A DNA stretch of 62,995 nt, the filler included, from Sphacelaria rigidula (lineage: Eukaryota): NCBI GenBank assembly GCA_964200075.2. It is 6 parts of 6 records of this genome, joined end to end, with 100 filler letters (N's around TTAATTAATTAA, not from the genome) between each part and the next. Parts side by side here need not be neighbours in the genome. Positions count along the whole stretch, not along the records: positions 42,066 to 52,480 come from CAXNAA020006531.1; positions 52,581 to 62,995 come from CAXNAA020006532.1; 4 more parts are not named here. One strand, 5' to 3'. Made by a program: the position numbers and the translations under genes. Under the pieces are notes generated by a model. The model was not told the DNA's origin and made no database searches. It saw only the letters and a list, made by a program, of their open reading frames with translations. Shown here one piece after another: positions 50,510 to 62,995 of the stretch; within the stretch, counting starts at the first letter, position 1; each line of letters opens with the position of its first letter.

Positions 50510-52480
50510 GAGGGCGGGAAGGTGGACGAGAGTACCCTGCATATGTTTTTTTTTGGTCGTTTGCTGTTTTTCTTTGGAGGGAGGGGAATATGAAGAGTTT
50601 TTCCCTGCTTTTCTTTTGCGATGTGTGTTGAGGTGTGATGGCGTCATGGAGTGCTGGGGTCAACTTTTTGGTGAAAGATGGCTGCGGGCATATGATCGCC
50701 GCATCGTCACGCGAGACTAATCAGTTTTGGCACAGGTGCTGTTGCTTCGTCATGAGTGTACACTAAAGCTTACGAGTTGTACCGCTTCTGTGCGTTTGCA
50801 TGCAGAGCATGATTTAATGTGTTCTGTGTTCTGCGGAGTGGCTTCGGTCGCAAAGCTTTGTCTGCGCTGGGGGTAAGTCATGAAGATGAATAGACGGACC
50901 ACCCAAAACCTTTCCCCAGTTGGCAGACGTGGGAAGCGAAGCGTAAGCGTAGATGCGAACGAACATCCACTTGCGAAAGATGGAGACATATTCGAGACGG
51001 TCTATAACCTTTCCACCACGCACGGGATTTCTCCAACCTGGTGCGTCAACAAACAACACAATTAACCGTCAGGGTCGACTACACAAATAACACCTTCCCC
51101 CCACAACAGCGCTGCTCGTGCAACTGGCTGAGAACACACTGAACGATACGGTACCGCACTGTACCTTGTATGAGAGTAAATGGGCGGCGATTTTGGGCAC
51201 TATGTTGCGGGAAAGTGTGCACAAAAAAATGAAGGAATGTGTGGAAAGTATTCATCTTTACCTGTCTACAGGAGAAATGAAGCGTAAAATAGTCAATCAG
51301 TATCAACCACAAGTACACGCATCACCTCGAAATATGTCACTGAAATGACGACGAGGTCCATATAAAATGTACCACGTGGTACATTTCTATAACAAGCCTG
51401 TGACTGATGTCGCTGTACATTTGTACACACTGTCACATCAACAGGAGGATAGAAGCTACTCGTGTTATGCCCCCGTTGTTGCCATATGTTGTGCCAATCT
51501 TTCACCGCGAATTTCTCAGAAATAAAGTAACGGATTGGACTGCGGTTTTTTCCTTGAGCCTCTGACACCTCAAACCAAGGAACTCAGCAAGCAATTTTAT
51601 CACCGCGTGACACAAACGCCGCACCGAACCAAGATATATATATATATATATATATAAATACATCCAGTTTTCGGGGCTTTTTGGGTTCGCTGCGGCGAAT
51701 TGAGCAAACCCCTTGCTTGATCCCCTGCTTTTCTGTGTGTGCGGGGGGAGGGGGGCTGTGGAAGGCCACAGGCCGGCTTCCTTCCTGTTTCGAGAGAAAC
51801 GCGATGAAAGTGCCTCAGCTATTGCACATACTAGAACCAAGTTAATTAGGGACGAAGTGCGTGTCCTATTCGGAACAGCTTGGAACAGCTGATGACGTGT
51901 TTTTTTTCCTGCATGGATTCTTTTGATCGTAATGGTCCTCATCCACCTCCATAGCTGTGTTGAACTGAACGTTCTTGGTAAATGATCATGACAGTTGTTT
52001 CTTTCTTTCCTCCGACTACTAGAACAATAATGTATATAGGATTGTGCATAGTCCGACTCGTACTTCATTACGCATCGGCCAGCTAACAGCTGCTTATGGT
52101 GCAGAGTCGTCCTGATCCACAAACTTCGGATCTCGCTACGCTCTGCACCTCCACTTTGCTCCTCGTATGAATCTGAAATATTCACATTGTATTCTCCTCG
52201 CAGCGGGCAGATATGCAAAGCGAAGCGTATATGCAAACAAACATACTTTCAAGTTGACAATTCGAGATCGATTCTCGGATTAGTCACCATGTGTCAGATC
52301 GGTGATTCGAAAGTAGAAGGGTGCAAGTCCATTGCCATCCAAACACTAATCCAGACAGTGTGCAGTTTCCATGCTATTCTGATCAGTGGAGTTCGATATA
52401 CAAATAATCAAGAGCAATGGCCTCGAAAAGGTATACCTTCTCGTTTTTTGCCCAAGAAAGGTACGAAAAATGGCCAGAAA

Positions 52481-52580
52481 NNNNNNNNNNNNNNNNNNNN
52501 NNNNNNNNNNNNNNNNNNNNNNNNTTAATTAATTAANNNNNNNNNNNNNNNNNNNNNNNNNNNNNNNNNNNNNNNNNNNN
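52481..52580. other. Artificial contig spacer
   Basis: Same N44-TTAATTAATTAA-N44 structure. Confidence 0.98.
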
Positions 52581-55500
52581 TGTTTTGGGCTTGAGCCTCA
52601 TCTCGAAGTTAAACCTCAATTCTCACAATTTGTTGTTATTTGGGACATTCAGCTGAAGCGTTTCTTTTGCTTTGCCCGTTACAGCTGCTGTACATCTGCT
52701 GCGATTGATCCTGTCTGTTGTCTGATTTTGCGATCACCCAACGTTTCTTCTTGGTACATTTTTCAATGTTTTTTTATACTTGTTCCAACATACACACAGT
52801 CGAGTGCGACACTTATTTTCTGTTGTAGCGCACACTCGTCGGCTCGACTCCCTTATTTGTAACCCCCCTTCGCGATGAACAACGATATGTCACGCAACCT
52901 CCCACTCAACATCGATGCACGCACCATGCGCCGCCTCTGTCGTGAAAGTATGCGTGTGTGTGCGCTGAATACTGAATGACGGGCACGTGTCGTCCCCAAC
53001 TTCGGTAAAACTTCGTTTCGCTTGTTCGAGTTGCTGTATTTCGGTTCATTGTATCCACTTTCTTGACCGTATGGTCTACATTGTTTTGTACGGGGTCAAC
53101 ACCCCATGCAGTCGGAAAACAGTACTTGTTTATGTGTTTTTGCCGGTCTTCTCGGCTCGGCTCCCTTGTTGGCTTGCACGTAGCCTTCGCGATGAACAAA
53201 GATGTGTCGCTGTTGCTTCGGCTTTGTAGGTGCTTGGTCGGTGCTTTGCATTTCTTGCGGTCGATTTGTTCTTTTGGTTGACTACACAGCTGCGCGCGAC
53301 CCCTCGTGTTTCGACAGCCGGGGTGGAGACCATGCAGTCCTCGGATTGTGTGTTGATCTTCAACACATACGAGTTCTATGATATATGCTATCTCAGAACC
53401 CCTCCCCTCCCCCGCGCGCACCCCGCCCCCTCTTGTTTCAATAGCCGCGGTGGTTCAACATACCGAGACATATGATATATCTGTACCAGATCCCACCCCC
53501 CCACCCCCCCCCTTCTCCTTTAACGCCATGCACACTGCACTGCTTGCGATCGTTGCTTCACACGTGGGACAACTACCGTTGGTAAAACATTGTACTTCAT
53601 GCTGCAGCTTTAAGCACGCAGTCTGTCCCGAATTGTCCAACCTCTGTGCGATATTGTAGGCACTGCAAATTGCGACACTGTTCGCGTACAACAACAGCGA
53701 CCATGAGCGGTGTGTATCTACTCGGTTGCACTGCCCAGCGTATTACACCGCCACAACTGCGTTAGGTCTGTGCTGTAAGCCCCCCTATTGTTTGTATCCC
53801 ACAATACACGTGACCTTGCTGTCCGGTATCATATCGGGTGTCGATACGATACCGCACTGTACTAAGTCATACTGTATGTGCTACGTAGTCTGTACTGTAC
53901 TATAGACAAGGCGAGTTTTTGGGTCGCGAAGGTATTTCGCTTGTCCGCCTGTGATGCATGTAACCCAACTTCCACCTCAGCTAATTGTAAGGGGCCTCAC
54001 GATCCTGCCGACAGTACCGTCAGTTGAACAGTTACATCAGAGTATCGGGATTTTGCCTACGTTCAGCTGCGAATCGCGCTAGCTACTGTCTCTCAAGTTG
54101 TCAAACCTCCCCAAGCGCTCATACAAAACTTGGCGGGATGACGTCGATGTTCGCTGTGCCTCGTGAGTGCAGATTTGTTTTCCATGGTGGCATGATTGAA
54201 TATGCGATATCTCTGTACAGTACTGCATGAAGCGGTCACTTTATGCCAGGCACTTTTGAGATTGTGTCGCGCAATCATTCTTTTTCTGTGTTTCCTGCGA
54301 TCTTTTCATAGTTTTCTGCGTTTACCTCGCCCCAACACCTCATTAATTAGGTGACAGGCCAGGTAAATGTACGGTGTGCACTAAGCTGCGTGGCGAATAA
54401 AACCCATTTACTGCAGCCAACATCTGGCATTCAATATTCTACGAGCACGACGGAATCATGACGTTTTCCTAATTTCTTGCCCTTCTTGATTCAAATTTCA
54501 GCAGCACGGGTGGTTTCCACTGTTCCGTCTGGCTGGCTGGAATGGATCATATATGAAATACGTCAGAGGGTTAGGTCATGTCTTCAGCGATGGTACCAAC
54601 CACCATCGTGATCACCAGTCGATTCTCTCCTTGGTTTTTCGCACCATGAATTTCGCGATAAGCACATCAAATCAGCACGTCCACGGACCTTATCGAAAAA
54701 ACCGATGTGGAACCGTTACGTCGACCCCCTCCTTCAAACTGACTTGATCCGCCCCTGTAAGGATACATGTCAATGTTGTGGCATTTGGTTTCATGAACAT
54801 ACTGGATATTCCGCGGCCGTGAGGCGCACCTGTGATAAGCTTTTCACAAAGGCGTTCGGTCTGTTCAAATTGTTTTCTCTGGGCCAAATCCTCACAATAC
54901 GGGCGTTACGTTAAAACGGTTGCCCTCAACATCGCGATTCGCGCTGTTCAAACAACCACCCCCGACTTGATATTGTCACCACGGTAGTGATCACAGCAAT
55001 CCCAACCCACAGTGCAATCAGTCGTATTTTTAGGCTCGGGCGCAAAGGCTTTCGGCCCAAGCCCACCCACATCTCATTCTGGCGCCTTTCACCAGTATGC
55101 ACAAGGTCAATCACAAGATACCACACGCCCCCTTATGATTGGACGTCGTACAACGGTTGAGCCCCGCCAGATTGATTCCTGTCCCTCCACTGATGCTACA
55201 CGCTTCACTTGAAGATGTTTTGGAAATTACCAACCCCTCGTTATCAAAAAAGCATACAGTGAGGCGATCCAGAGTGTACCACTGCCTCAAAATTAGGTCG
55301 TCGTCCTCTCCCCGTTTTGAATACGCTTCGCGTTCATTCCTCTTTGTCTGCCACAGGCCCACATTAGGGAACCAATGATTGACGGCAATACGCCGCGGAA
55401 GTCATCCCCCCCCCCCCATTCTTTCGCTCGACCAATAGACACACGTCACATAACTAAATCAATGTCGTACGGCACAGATTCAGGTTTGTGGTGCGGATAC

Positions 55501-55699
55501 ATTGGGTTCGATCAGACTGTCATGATGGGTTCCATGGCAGCAGAATCCCGTGCATCTTTGCATGACTCCCAATTGCGCAATGACCAACCCCGGTGATTTA
55601 ACTCTAGAGCTGATCACCAAGTTTTACCTCCAAGTGATATTAATCATAGCCAGTTAGATCCTTTCTCCTCGCGGGATCGGTAGTCACGTAGTGTAACAC

Positions 55700-58600
55700 C
55701 TCCCGCCCCCGAAGCAGGAACATCTTTTGACGCGGTAGCTGTTACCCCTGCGACCGTTCATCGTAGGAAAATGAAATCAAGGCCACACACCAGCCCTCAA
55801 ACATGCTTAGGTGCCAAGTCTACCCCTATTACACACACGAACAAGATGACGTCGGTGCCCGGTCCCCTTTTATCTGGTGAGCGTAATTTTTCGAGCACAG
55901 AGCGCCATTGTGTCGAACCCGGCTTTCCGTCGCTCAGCGGGTAGGGAAGGAACCCTAAGCACAGCGCCGGTGGAGCGCCACGAGCGTGACCGAGGGCGGA
56001 CTGTCCTTGACCAATTCCCGATAGCCTCCGGAGCAGCCGCACCGTTGGTGCGCTATACGTGTCATCCTTGGCGGGCTCCTCCGGATGACCCGGTAGATAT
56101 ATCTGATGACGCAGTTGCACCCGTCAACCGAAGTCGTGAACGGGTGTGGTTTTCATTGGATGAAGGTGATACTGTCGACCAGGCCGGTGTTTCCATGATT
56201 TTGAACAGATCAACACCACTCCCTGCCAACCCCTCACACACAATATTAGAACCCACCACTAAAACAGCATTGTCATCTCTTGGGTCAGATACCTCGCTGC
56301 TATTTGGGCGTTCGCCTCCTCGTCATGGAAACCCCCGTCTGAGTCTTCATCACAAGGAAAACATAGTGTAGTGACCAACGAGCCGTCCACGCTCGACCGC
56401 TCGTCCCCTATTTTTCCCATGTTGTCCCCAACTAACACGGGTAGCGAATTGACTCAATCGTCGCCAAATCACCTTCACCCTTTCCCGAAACGCCCCTTCG
56501 TTTGCCCTTACCAGATGCTGTAACCTCGCCAGCTTCGCAAACTGACCCTTCACTACTTGTTGCGGCCGACCAAGGTACCTCAAACCGAACGCAACAGTCG
56601 TCGCGGCCAGTCACGACAACTGCCCTTCCCAGGCATCGTCCATCCATACAGTATACGAAATTCAACACTCGACAGATTCTCGAATACTGCAAGAGACACT
56701 TCGTGCCCAACTCACCTTCGGACATAAATCTTGCTCCTAAGGATCATCAGCGTGTGTATTTCAGCGCAGCTACTCACAGTCACAAGCACGGTTTGTCCAC
56801 AGATTTCTGGACAGAACTTGGATCAAATATGGGTAGCGGAACTTCAATCATGGAGAATCCCTCCTTTCACAACGAAAATAGTGCGTCAGCTTACCACCAA
56901 CTTGTGATGGACCCGCAATTGAAAGACCTGATGGCGTGGTGTACACCATCAGGCTTACGAATGGCTGGTAACACCACAAGGTGCCGCCGACGCCCCCGGG
57001 GCGTTTTAACGTGTGATGTTTGTTGTAAGTGATCGACTCTCCAAGTGCCCTGTGTACCCCGACGATGCCATAATACACGGTAGCACACTTCCGAACATGC
57101 CAAACACTTTGCGTCTTTCTCCCCTGGCTTCAAACAGCACAACTTGAAACTTGCCCCGTCCAAATCCCGTGTTGGAGCGACTAGCATCGAATTCCTGGGT
57201 CACTGTGTCACTCCTGATGGTCGTAGTCCAAACCTCAACAAGGTTGCCGCACTACTACCGACAGTATTTGCCGAACCCAGCCCAAATTTTGAAACCTCTC
57301 ACCTCCCTTCTGAAGAAAAAAAGGTGTGAGATTCGCTTTCATCTCGGAAATGGAGAAAATAGTGCGCCAACTGCTTGACACACTCTCGCGACCACCAATC
57401 TTGGTTTTCCCAGACTGGTCGGCCGCTGAAAATGGTTCACGTTCATTCCGACTTCACACGGATTCCTTCCACAATTGGGCTTGGCTGAACGTTGGAGCAG
57501 GAACAACCAGATGCTAATATTCGCCCCATTGTTTATTTGAGTCGAACCACCTACCCAAACGAACAAAACTGGTCGGTCATGGAGCAAGAGGTCAGTGCAA
57601 TTGTTTAGGGAGCGAGACGTCTCTGTCAGTACTTGTATGACATTCCGTTCCTGATTTATATAGATCATAAGTCTTAGGAAAACCTCGCCAAAATGGCGGA
57701 ACACAACGCCCGGGTTCAACGCTGGTTTAAAATCCTGTCTTCTTACAACTTCACGCTGAAGTATCGCACAGGACCTCAAAACACAAACGCTGATTTTCTG
57801 TATCGCTTACCCATCCCGGCCCAACCCATCGACAGCTCCGTCTTGGGACGTATTACGGATCCCACCGAAGACATTGTATTTTTCATTAGCAGAAACGGTC
57901 ATAGCGGAATCTACACACCCCTCTCACTGAACAACAACTCGTCACTTGGCATGGATGGGCTGACGACTACAGCTTACGCTTCTGTACTAGGTAATATGCC
58001 ACCACAATCGTTGTGTTCAGTTTGAAGTGGAGCTAGTAAAAACCCGAGCGGGTATGATCATTTCCGTGCAACTGGTCATCGTATGGTTTATGATGCAGAT
58101 GTAGAACCGTCTTGTGCTGACTTCGTCCTCCCGGTTTAAGTGCGAAATCTCATCTCGAGTGGAACCCGGGGACGACGGGCCGCTGAAATGGCCGCCACCC
58201 TGGCGGCCTCTGGCCCGGACCTTCCCATCCTGAGCCCCATCCGGGTGCCTGATACTTTCCTTGCGCCCCCTCAACCACCGCGGCGCAAGGCCCCCAGAAG
58301 ATCGACTCCATCCACGGCACCCCTTCCTCCCATATCCAAAGCCTCGGCTTTGCCCCCCTTCCCCGGTGATGGTGTCCCCATTGATCCCTCATCACCCGAG
58401 GCACTAGTCAACGTAGGAATCGACGACAATGTTCTGCTTGAAAGTACACTAACTGATCCCCCCGTCCATGATCCAAATATCCCTGATTCGAGTCAACATC
58501 ACCGTGACACGAACCCCTTCATTTTGGACAAACCGTTGGATAGTGTATTTGAGGGACGTTTGATCCTTCTCTCCCACGCCGATTGGGCCAGGGAACATCA

Positions 58601-60700
58601 AGCTGAACCTGCTCGTAGAGCGGCTATGCATTATCTATCCAAAGGCTGCCCGTCTCCTTTTGCAGCAACTGAATTCCTCTTGCCCGTTGGGAACCACAAA
58701 GCCCCCACACAGGATGAAGTTATTGAACTATCGCGAGAAGGTATGCTTTAGACGGATGATGATGGTGTTGTTCTCTTAGTCCGACGGCCCACAGCGCCCC
58801 TTCGTGTGAGTAAACCTACCAGGAGACATGCCTGTTTGTTAAGTGATGATCCCACACAAATTTTTGTGCCGATGCTTCTGCGCCCATGGGTTCTTCATGA
58901 GTGCCATTCGCAAGCATCGACACATCTGGGAGTTGCTCGGACCTCCCAGATGCTTGAGCTTTTTTATTGGTGGGTTTGTATGGATCAGTGTGTGCACTGG
59001 TGGGTGAGACGTTGTCTTTTGTGTCAAGCGCGAAAAACTTCACGCCAAACAGTTCGTTGGCCGATTGTTTCCTTGCCACTCCCAATCGGGCCTGGTGAAG
59101 TAGTTTCGTGGGAATATTTTGGCCCCTTGCCCCTGATGGATAGTGGTAATAAGTATATTTTGTGGTTTACAGATAGATTTAGTCGACATGCGGTGATGCA
59201 CACCGTCCCTGCCAGTAGCTATAACGCGGAAGGTACCGCCAACATTCTTGTATACACGTACATTCCGCAAGGGGATGTGCCCAAACGATTGTTGTCCGAT
59301 AACGGCCCACATTTCGCCGGCGAACTTTCTGCTGCGATCGGTAACCTCCTTGGTGCTCATCGTATTTTTACTAGCTCATACCATCTGTCCACAAACGGTG
59401 GGACTGAACGAGTGAACCATATGATGGCTTCAATGCTTACTACGGTAACCAACGAACGACAAACGGACTGGGACTTGCATTTTTCTGTTGTTCAGATGAA
59501 CTTCAACAATTCGGCCAATACCGCAACAGTATTGGCTCTCAATGAAGTTCATATTGGTCGTATGTGCAGGCTGTCACTGACGATGTTCGAACGGAAACCT
59601 TACGGGGGCCATCAAAGTTTGGATCGGGATGTCGCGGAGTACCATATTTCTGTTAGTACTCGTCTTCGCCTTGCGTATGAGGTGGTACGCGAGCAGAACC
59701 AAGTTAATGCAGCGAAAGTAGCCAGGGCAAACACTGTGTTGGATGATGCGGTCAATAACCGTCCGGGGTGAAAAGTAGATCAATGGGCATGGGTGTACAA
59801 TTATGTCAAGATCGTAACTCAGGGGGGCTAATTCCAATAGGTCGTCGTTGGATAAGGTGTTCAAGTCGAAACTATCCTTGAATTGGACTGGCCCCTGGAA
59901 AATCTTTGCGGTTGGGCCCTGTGATACCGCACCCTACAAAAGTCCGGTAGGCGAAAAACTTTTGTATTTGGATTTATCCACGGATGAACCTGGCATCGAA
60001 CCCAAAACCCGAGTATCGATGCTAAGGTGTAAACCGTGTCTGCCCCCACATGATGCATCCGACCTGCTCAAACAATTGCCTATGGGTCTCAGTCAGTACG
60101 TGTTGACCAACTATGCGGCCAAAGCCCCCCCGTATCAGATGGCGGTTGAAGATGCCGATGATCCTCTTGAGCGAATGGTGGTAGATCGCATCTCGGGCCA
60201 TCAGTTAGTCCGAGGTCGAGGAGGTTTATGTATCAGACCCATTGGAAGGGTATCATGCGTGTTACATGGGAGCGTAAGATTGATTTACGTCACTTTCGTC
60301 GGGATATATTGCTGTACTGGGTAGGAGATGTCTTCCAACACCGCCCGTGGAATAAGAGATATAGATCGATGCGTAAGGGAGCTGCCGCTTGGGAACTGGC
60401 ACGAGAGAACTCGGCGCGGTTTGCCGTAACAGCATATAGCCTTCTCTCGCGTTCACAATACATGCAGTCTTTTCACGGATAACGTTCGCCGAAGGGAGCA
60501 TATTTTTTGTATAAGGCCTTGGATTCACTGCGTGGTTGGGTAAGATTCATTCGCTCGATCCTGCATCTGACAACTCCTACATATCCATTTCCTCGATGAC
60601 CCGAGCCCCCTTGAGATTCTCTTGGATGATGCCTACTTACTGCACCGAGGTGCCGACCGCTCGCCGGGGATCCTGGTGCCTCCAATGACACAACCAAGGC
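55700..60700 (+). mobile_element. Decayed Ty3/gypsy retrotransposon (RT, RNase H, integrase, chromodomain-like C-terminus)
   Basis: RT remnants SAYHQL, WCTPSGL, LKLAPSKSRVGATSIEFLGH; RNase H remnants PILVFPDW, FRLHTD, ARVQRW, YRTGPQNTNADFL; integrase as below. LTRs not identified and the 5' boundary is approximate. Confidence 0.9.
58806..59771 (+). pseudogene. Gypsy integrase (HHCC zinc finger plus rve core)
   Basis: ECHSQASTHLG...YWW...CLLCQARK; YFGPLP, TDRFSRH, SDNGPHF, YH.STNGGTERVN; flanked by in-frame stops; NWTGPWKI (GPY/F motif) follows downstream. Confidence 0.92.
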
Positions 60701-62995
60701 GATCTCAACACGGCCGCCCTACGCAACACGGACACCGCCTGGGATGCAGAAGACTCATGATGCCGCATCCGAGTATGCTTCCCCATTCATCTTGCGTAGT
60801 GGGCCATGTTCGAGTCGCTTGTCTTGCGCCGTGGCGTCGTTGGGAAACCATGTGCCTCCCCCCCCAATTGTTTTCCGTACGGCTGTAGACCCCGTCCTTG
60901 TAGTGATTGTTTTTTGTATTTTGTTTTTTGTATTTGTTTTCTGTTTTTTTTTGGCTTTGGACTCTGTCTTTATGTTTCGTTTTTGTTGTGTGTTTTGTCG
61001 TTTTGTTTTCCCTCGCCTTATATATATATATATATATTGTTTTTTTTCGTCTCGCCTTTTGTCTTTTTTTGTGTTTGGTGTTTACATAATGATTTTCTTC
61101 TTTCTTTCTGTGTGTTTACTGGGTTTATGTGTCGAAGTATTACGTGATGACCGTATCGTGACGACCGTTCCACAAACATTCCTGACCCCGAGTCTGGAAC
61201 ACTTGAAGGTTCCTTCGTGCTCTGCGCCGTACACTCGCGGCCAATTCCGTGTACTGAAACAGTTGCCACGAGCTGTTTTTCTTTCCTTTCTTCGTTGTAC
61301 GCACCTTTGGTCTTGTTTTGTTCATGATGCTGTGTTTTTGTTGTTGTTTGTCTTGTCGGTCGAGAGTTTCGGGAGCGAGCGCTAGATATACCGGACCCCC
61401 CCGTCTGGAATATTTGCGTTCTTGTCCAATCGCTCCGTACACGAATACCGCCTCCACGTCCAGGATCGATCGTGACCTGTATGCGTTCCACGGTGTGTTT
61501 TTGTACCATGGGCGATAGTAACCAAAGTCGAGGGCCCGAAATATTTTGACCTTCTTGGCTGAAACACCTGACCCTACTTGCTGCGTACACGCGATAACCG
61601 CTTCCGTTTACAGGGACGGTCGGCTATTTTATTTTTCTGCTTCATTTTACGGTTATTTTATTTTCGCTGTTGCATTGCGTACTCCTGGTTGTGTAATTGT
61701 TTTGGTTTTGGTTTTTGCGTCTATATCGTGAATTTTACAATGAGTGTTCCAACGTTCCCGACTCTCGAGTCTAAAACACGTGGCCTACTTTTTCCGCGAG
61801 TCCTGCACACGTGCGACCGACCTCGCTTATAGGAAGGGTTACGTTTAATGCGACGCCATGGATGATTTGCATTTTGGTGATTGGTAAGGTACAACGAGGT
61901 CACCACTGATCGCGTTGTACGTAACGATGTTGAGGAATTGTCATTGAGGTAGTAGTATATTTGGTTGCAAACGTCTCCTCATACAGGACCATTACGTATC
62001 ATGATGGAAAAGATTGCTCTTCCGGAACAGACCGCTTCGCCATGTCGATATTCGACCATTGGTACAGCCTATAGGCTCAGAGTCCGCCACTCGCTATTTT
62101 TCTTGTCACTGTTTACACCAGTTTTTTGCGTACGGGTACCTGCCCATGAACTCGGTTGGTGATATCTTGTTTTTATCAGGGATTATTGGACGAAGTAACG
62201 TGAGGGCACGACCGGCTGTGGTTTTTACTCCAATTTGTGTGCGAGCCGGTCTCGTCTTAGTCCGAACGGACAAATACCGTGAGAAGTGGTTTGCGTTGGC
62301 CCTCTCCCTCCAGTGTATTTGTCGTAGTTCAGAAATGTGTTGGGGGATCCGCCTCGGAACTACGTCGTAGCTCCGATGGTTGTCTATTGACTCAATTACG
62401 TTTATTTTCACGGGTACGGACACCCGACCTCACAAACCGGCCGGTTGTTTTCGTGTTTCATCATGTGACAACAACAAAATTGCTGTACGGCTGGATCATC
62501 ACCCAGACGTCCTTAGCAAGTCGGTACTCTCACACGCACCCAACAGTTAACTCACTTCAACCGGGTTGATTTGTCCGTATCATGCGTATCATCGTTTTTT
62601 CAACGTGTGGTTCTTGCGGGAACTTTTCTTTCCGCAACGAATCAGTTGTACATTGTTGATTTTTCCGCTTAACTGAGACGAGTACTTAGCATAAAGTGGT
62701 TATTGGAGTGATACAATGCCTTGGCGGGGTTGCTTGCTTGTTTTTACCGATGCAATGGAAAAATCCGGAATTCCGGAAAATAGTAACCTTTTCTGAACAT
62801 GATATAGTTATGACAGTGTACGATGACCATTTTGATGCTTGGCCTCTGAATTTCCATGATCCCTTCCGTAATACTCATGGCATTTCAGGACACTGCATGT
62901 TTTGTACAACGGTTTGATTTTTTTCCAACTTTTGAGCAATGCTACGGTAGGGATGCACTTTTTTCGCGAAATTTTGTCTGGTTCAGGGGCTCCTA

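Noticed and set aside
52581..55700. Host gene or 5' LTR upstream of the gypsy pol
   Set aside because: No recognisable exon chain and no direct repeat matching the 3' region found by eye

Overview
Eukaryotic, intron- and transposon-rich DNA, most consistent with a brown alga or related stramenopile (inferred from long GT-AG introns, a WSC-domain gene and the TE repertoire). The window is not one locus. It is six separate contigs of 10417, 10416, 10416, 10416, 10415 and 10415 bp joined by identical 100-nt N44-TTAATTAATTAA-N44 spacers, so adjacency across spacers is meaningless. Host genes: a complete 6-exon 26S proteasome AAA-ATPase RPT1/PSMC2 (42881-50509, +, 436 aa); 8 phase-consistent internal exons of a gene joining an ArfGAP-like C-terminal segment to uDENN/cDENN modules (33683-41748, +); and 2 exons forming a full WSC domain (20008-18218, -). 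The rest is mobile-element debris: two Ty1/copia relics (one with paired LTRs), a decayed Ty3/gypsy element, LINE fragments, two tRNA-derived SINE families, and MITEs resembling mariner/Stowaway, piggyBac, hAT, PIF/Harbinger and CACTA types. Best leads: a 70-100 nt repeat that sits next to splice sites in a fixed orientation, the ArfGAP-DENN architecture, a MITE carrying TTAGGG-like repeats, and a possible second chromatin-reader module after the gypsy chromodomain. No CRISPR array, rRNA or genuine tRNA gene was seen, and no new multi-gene system can be demonstrated from the sequence alone.
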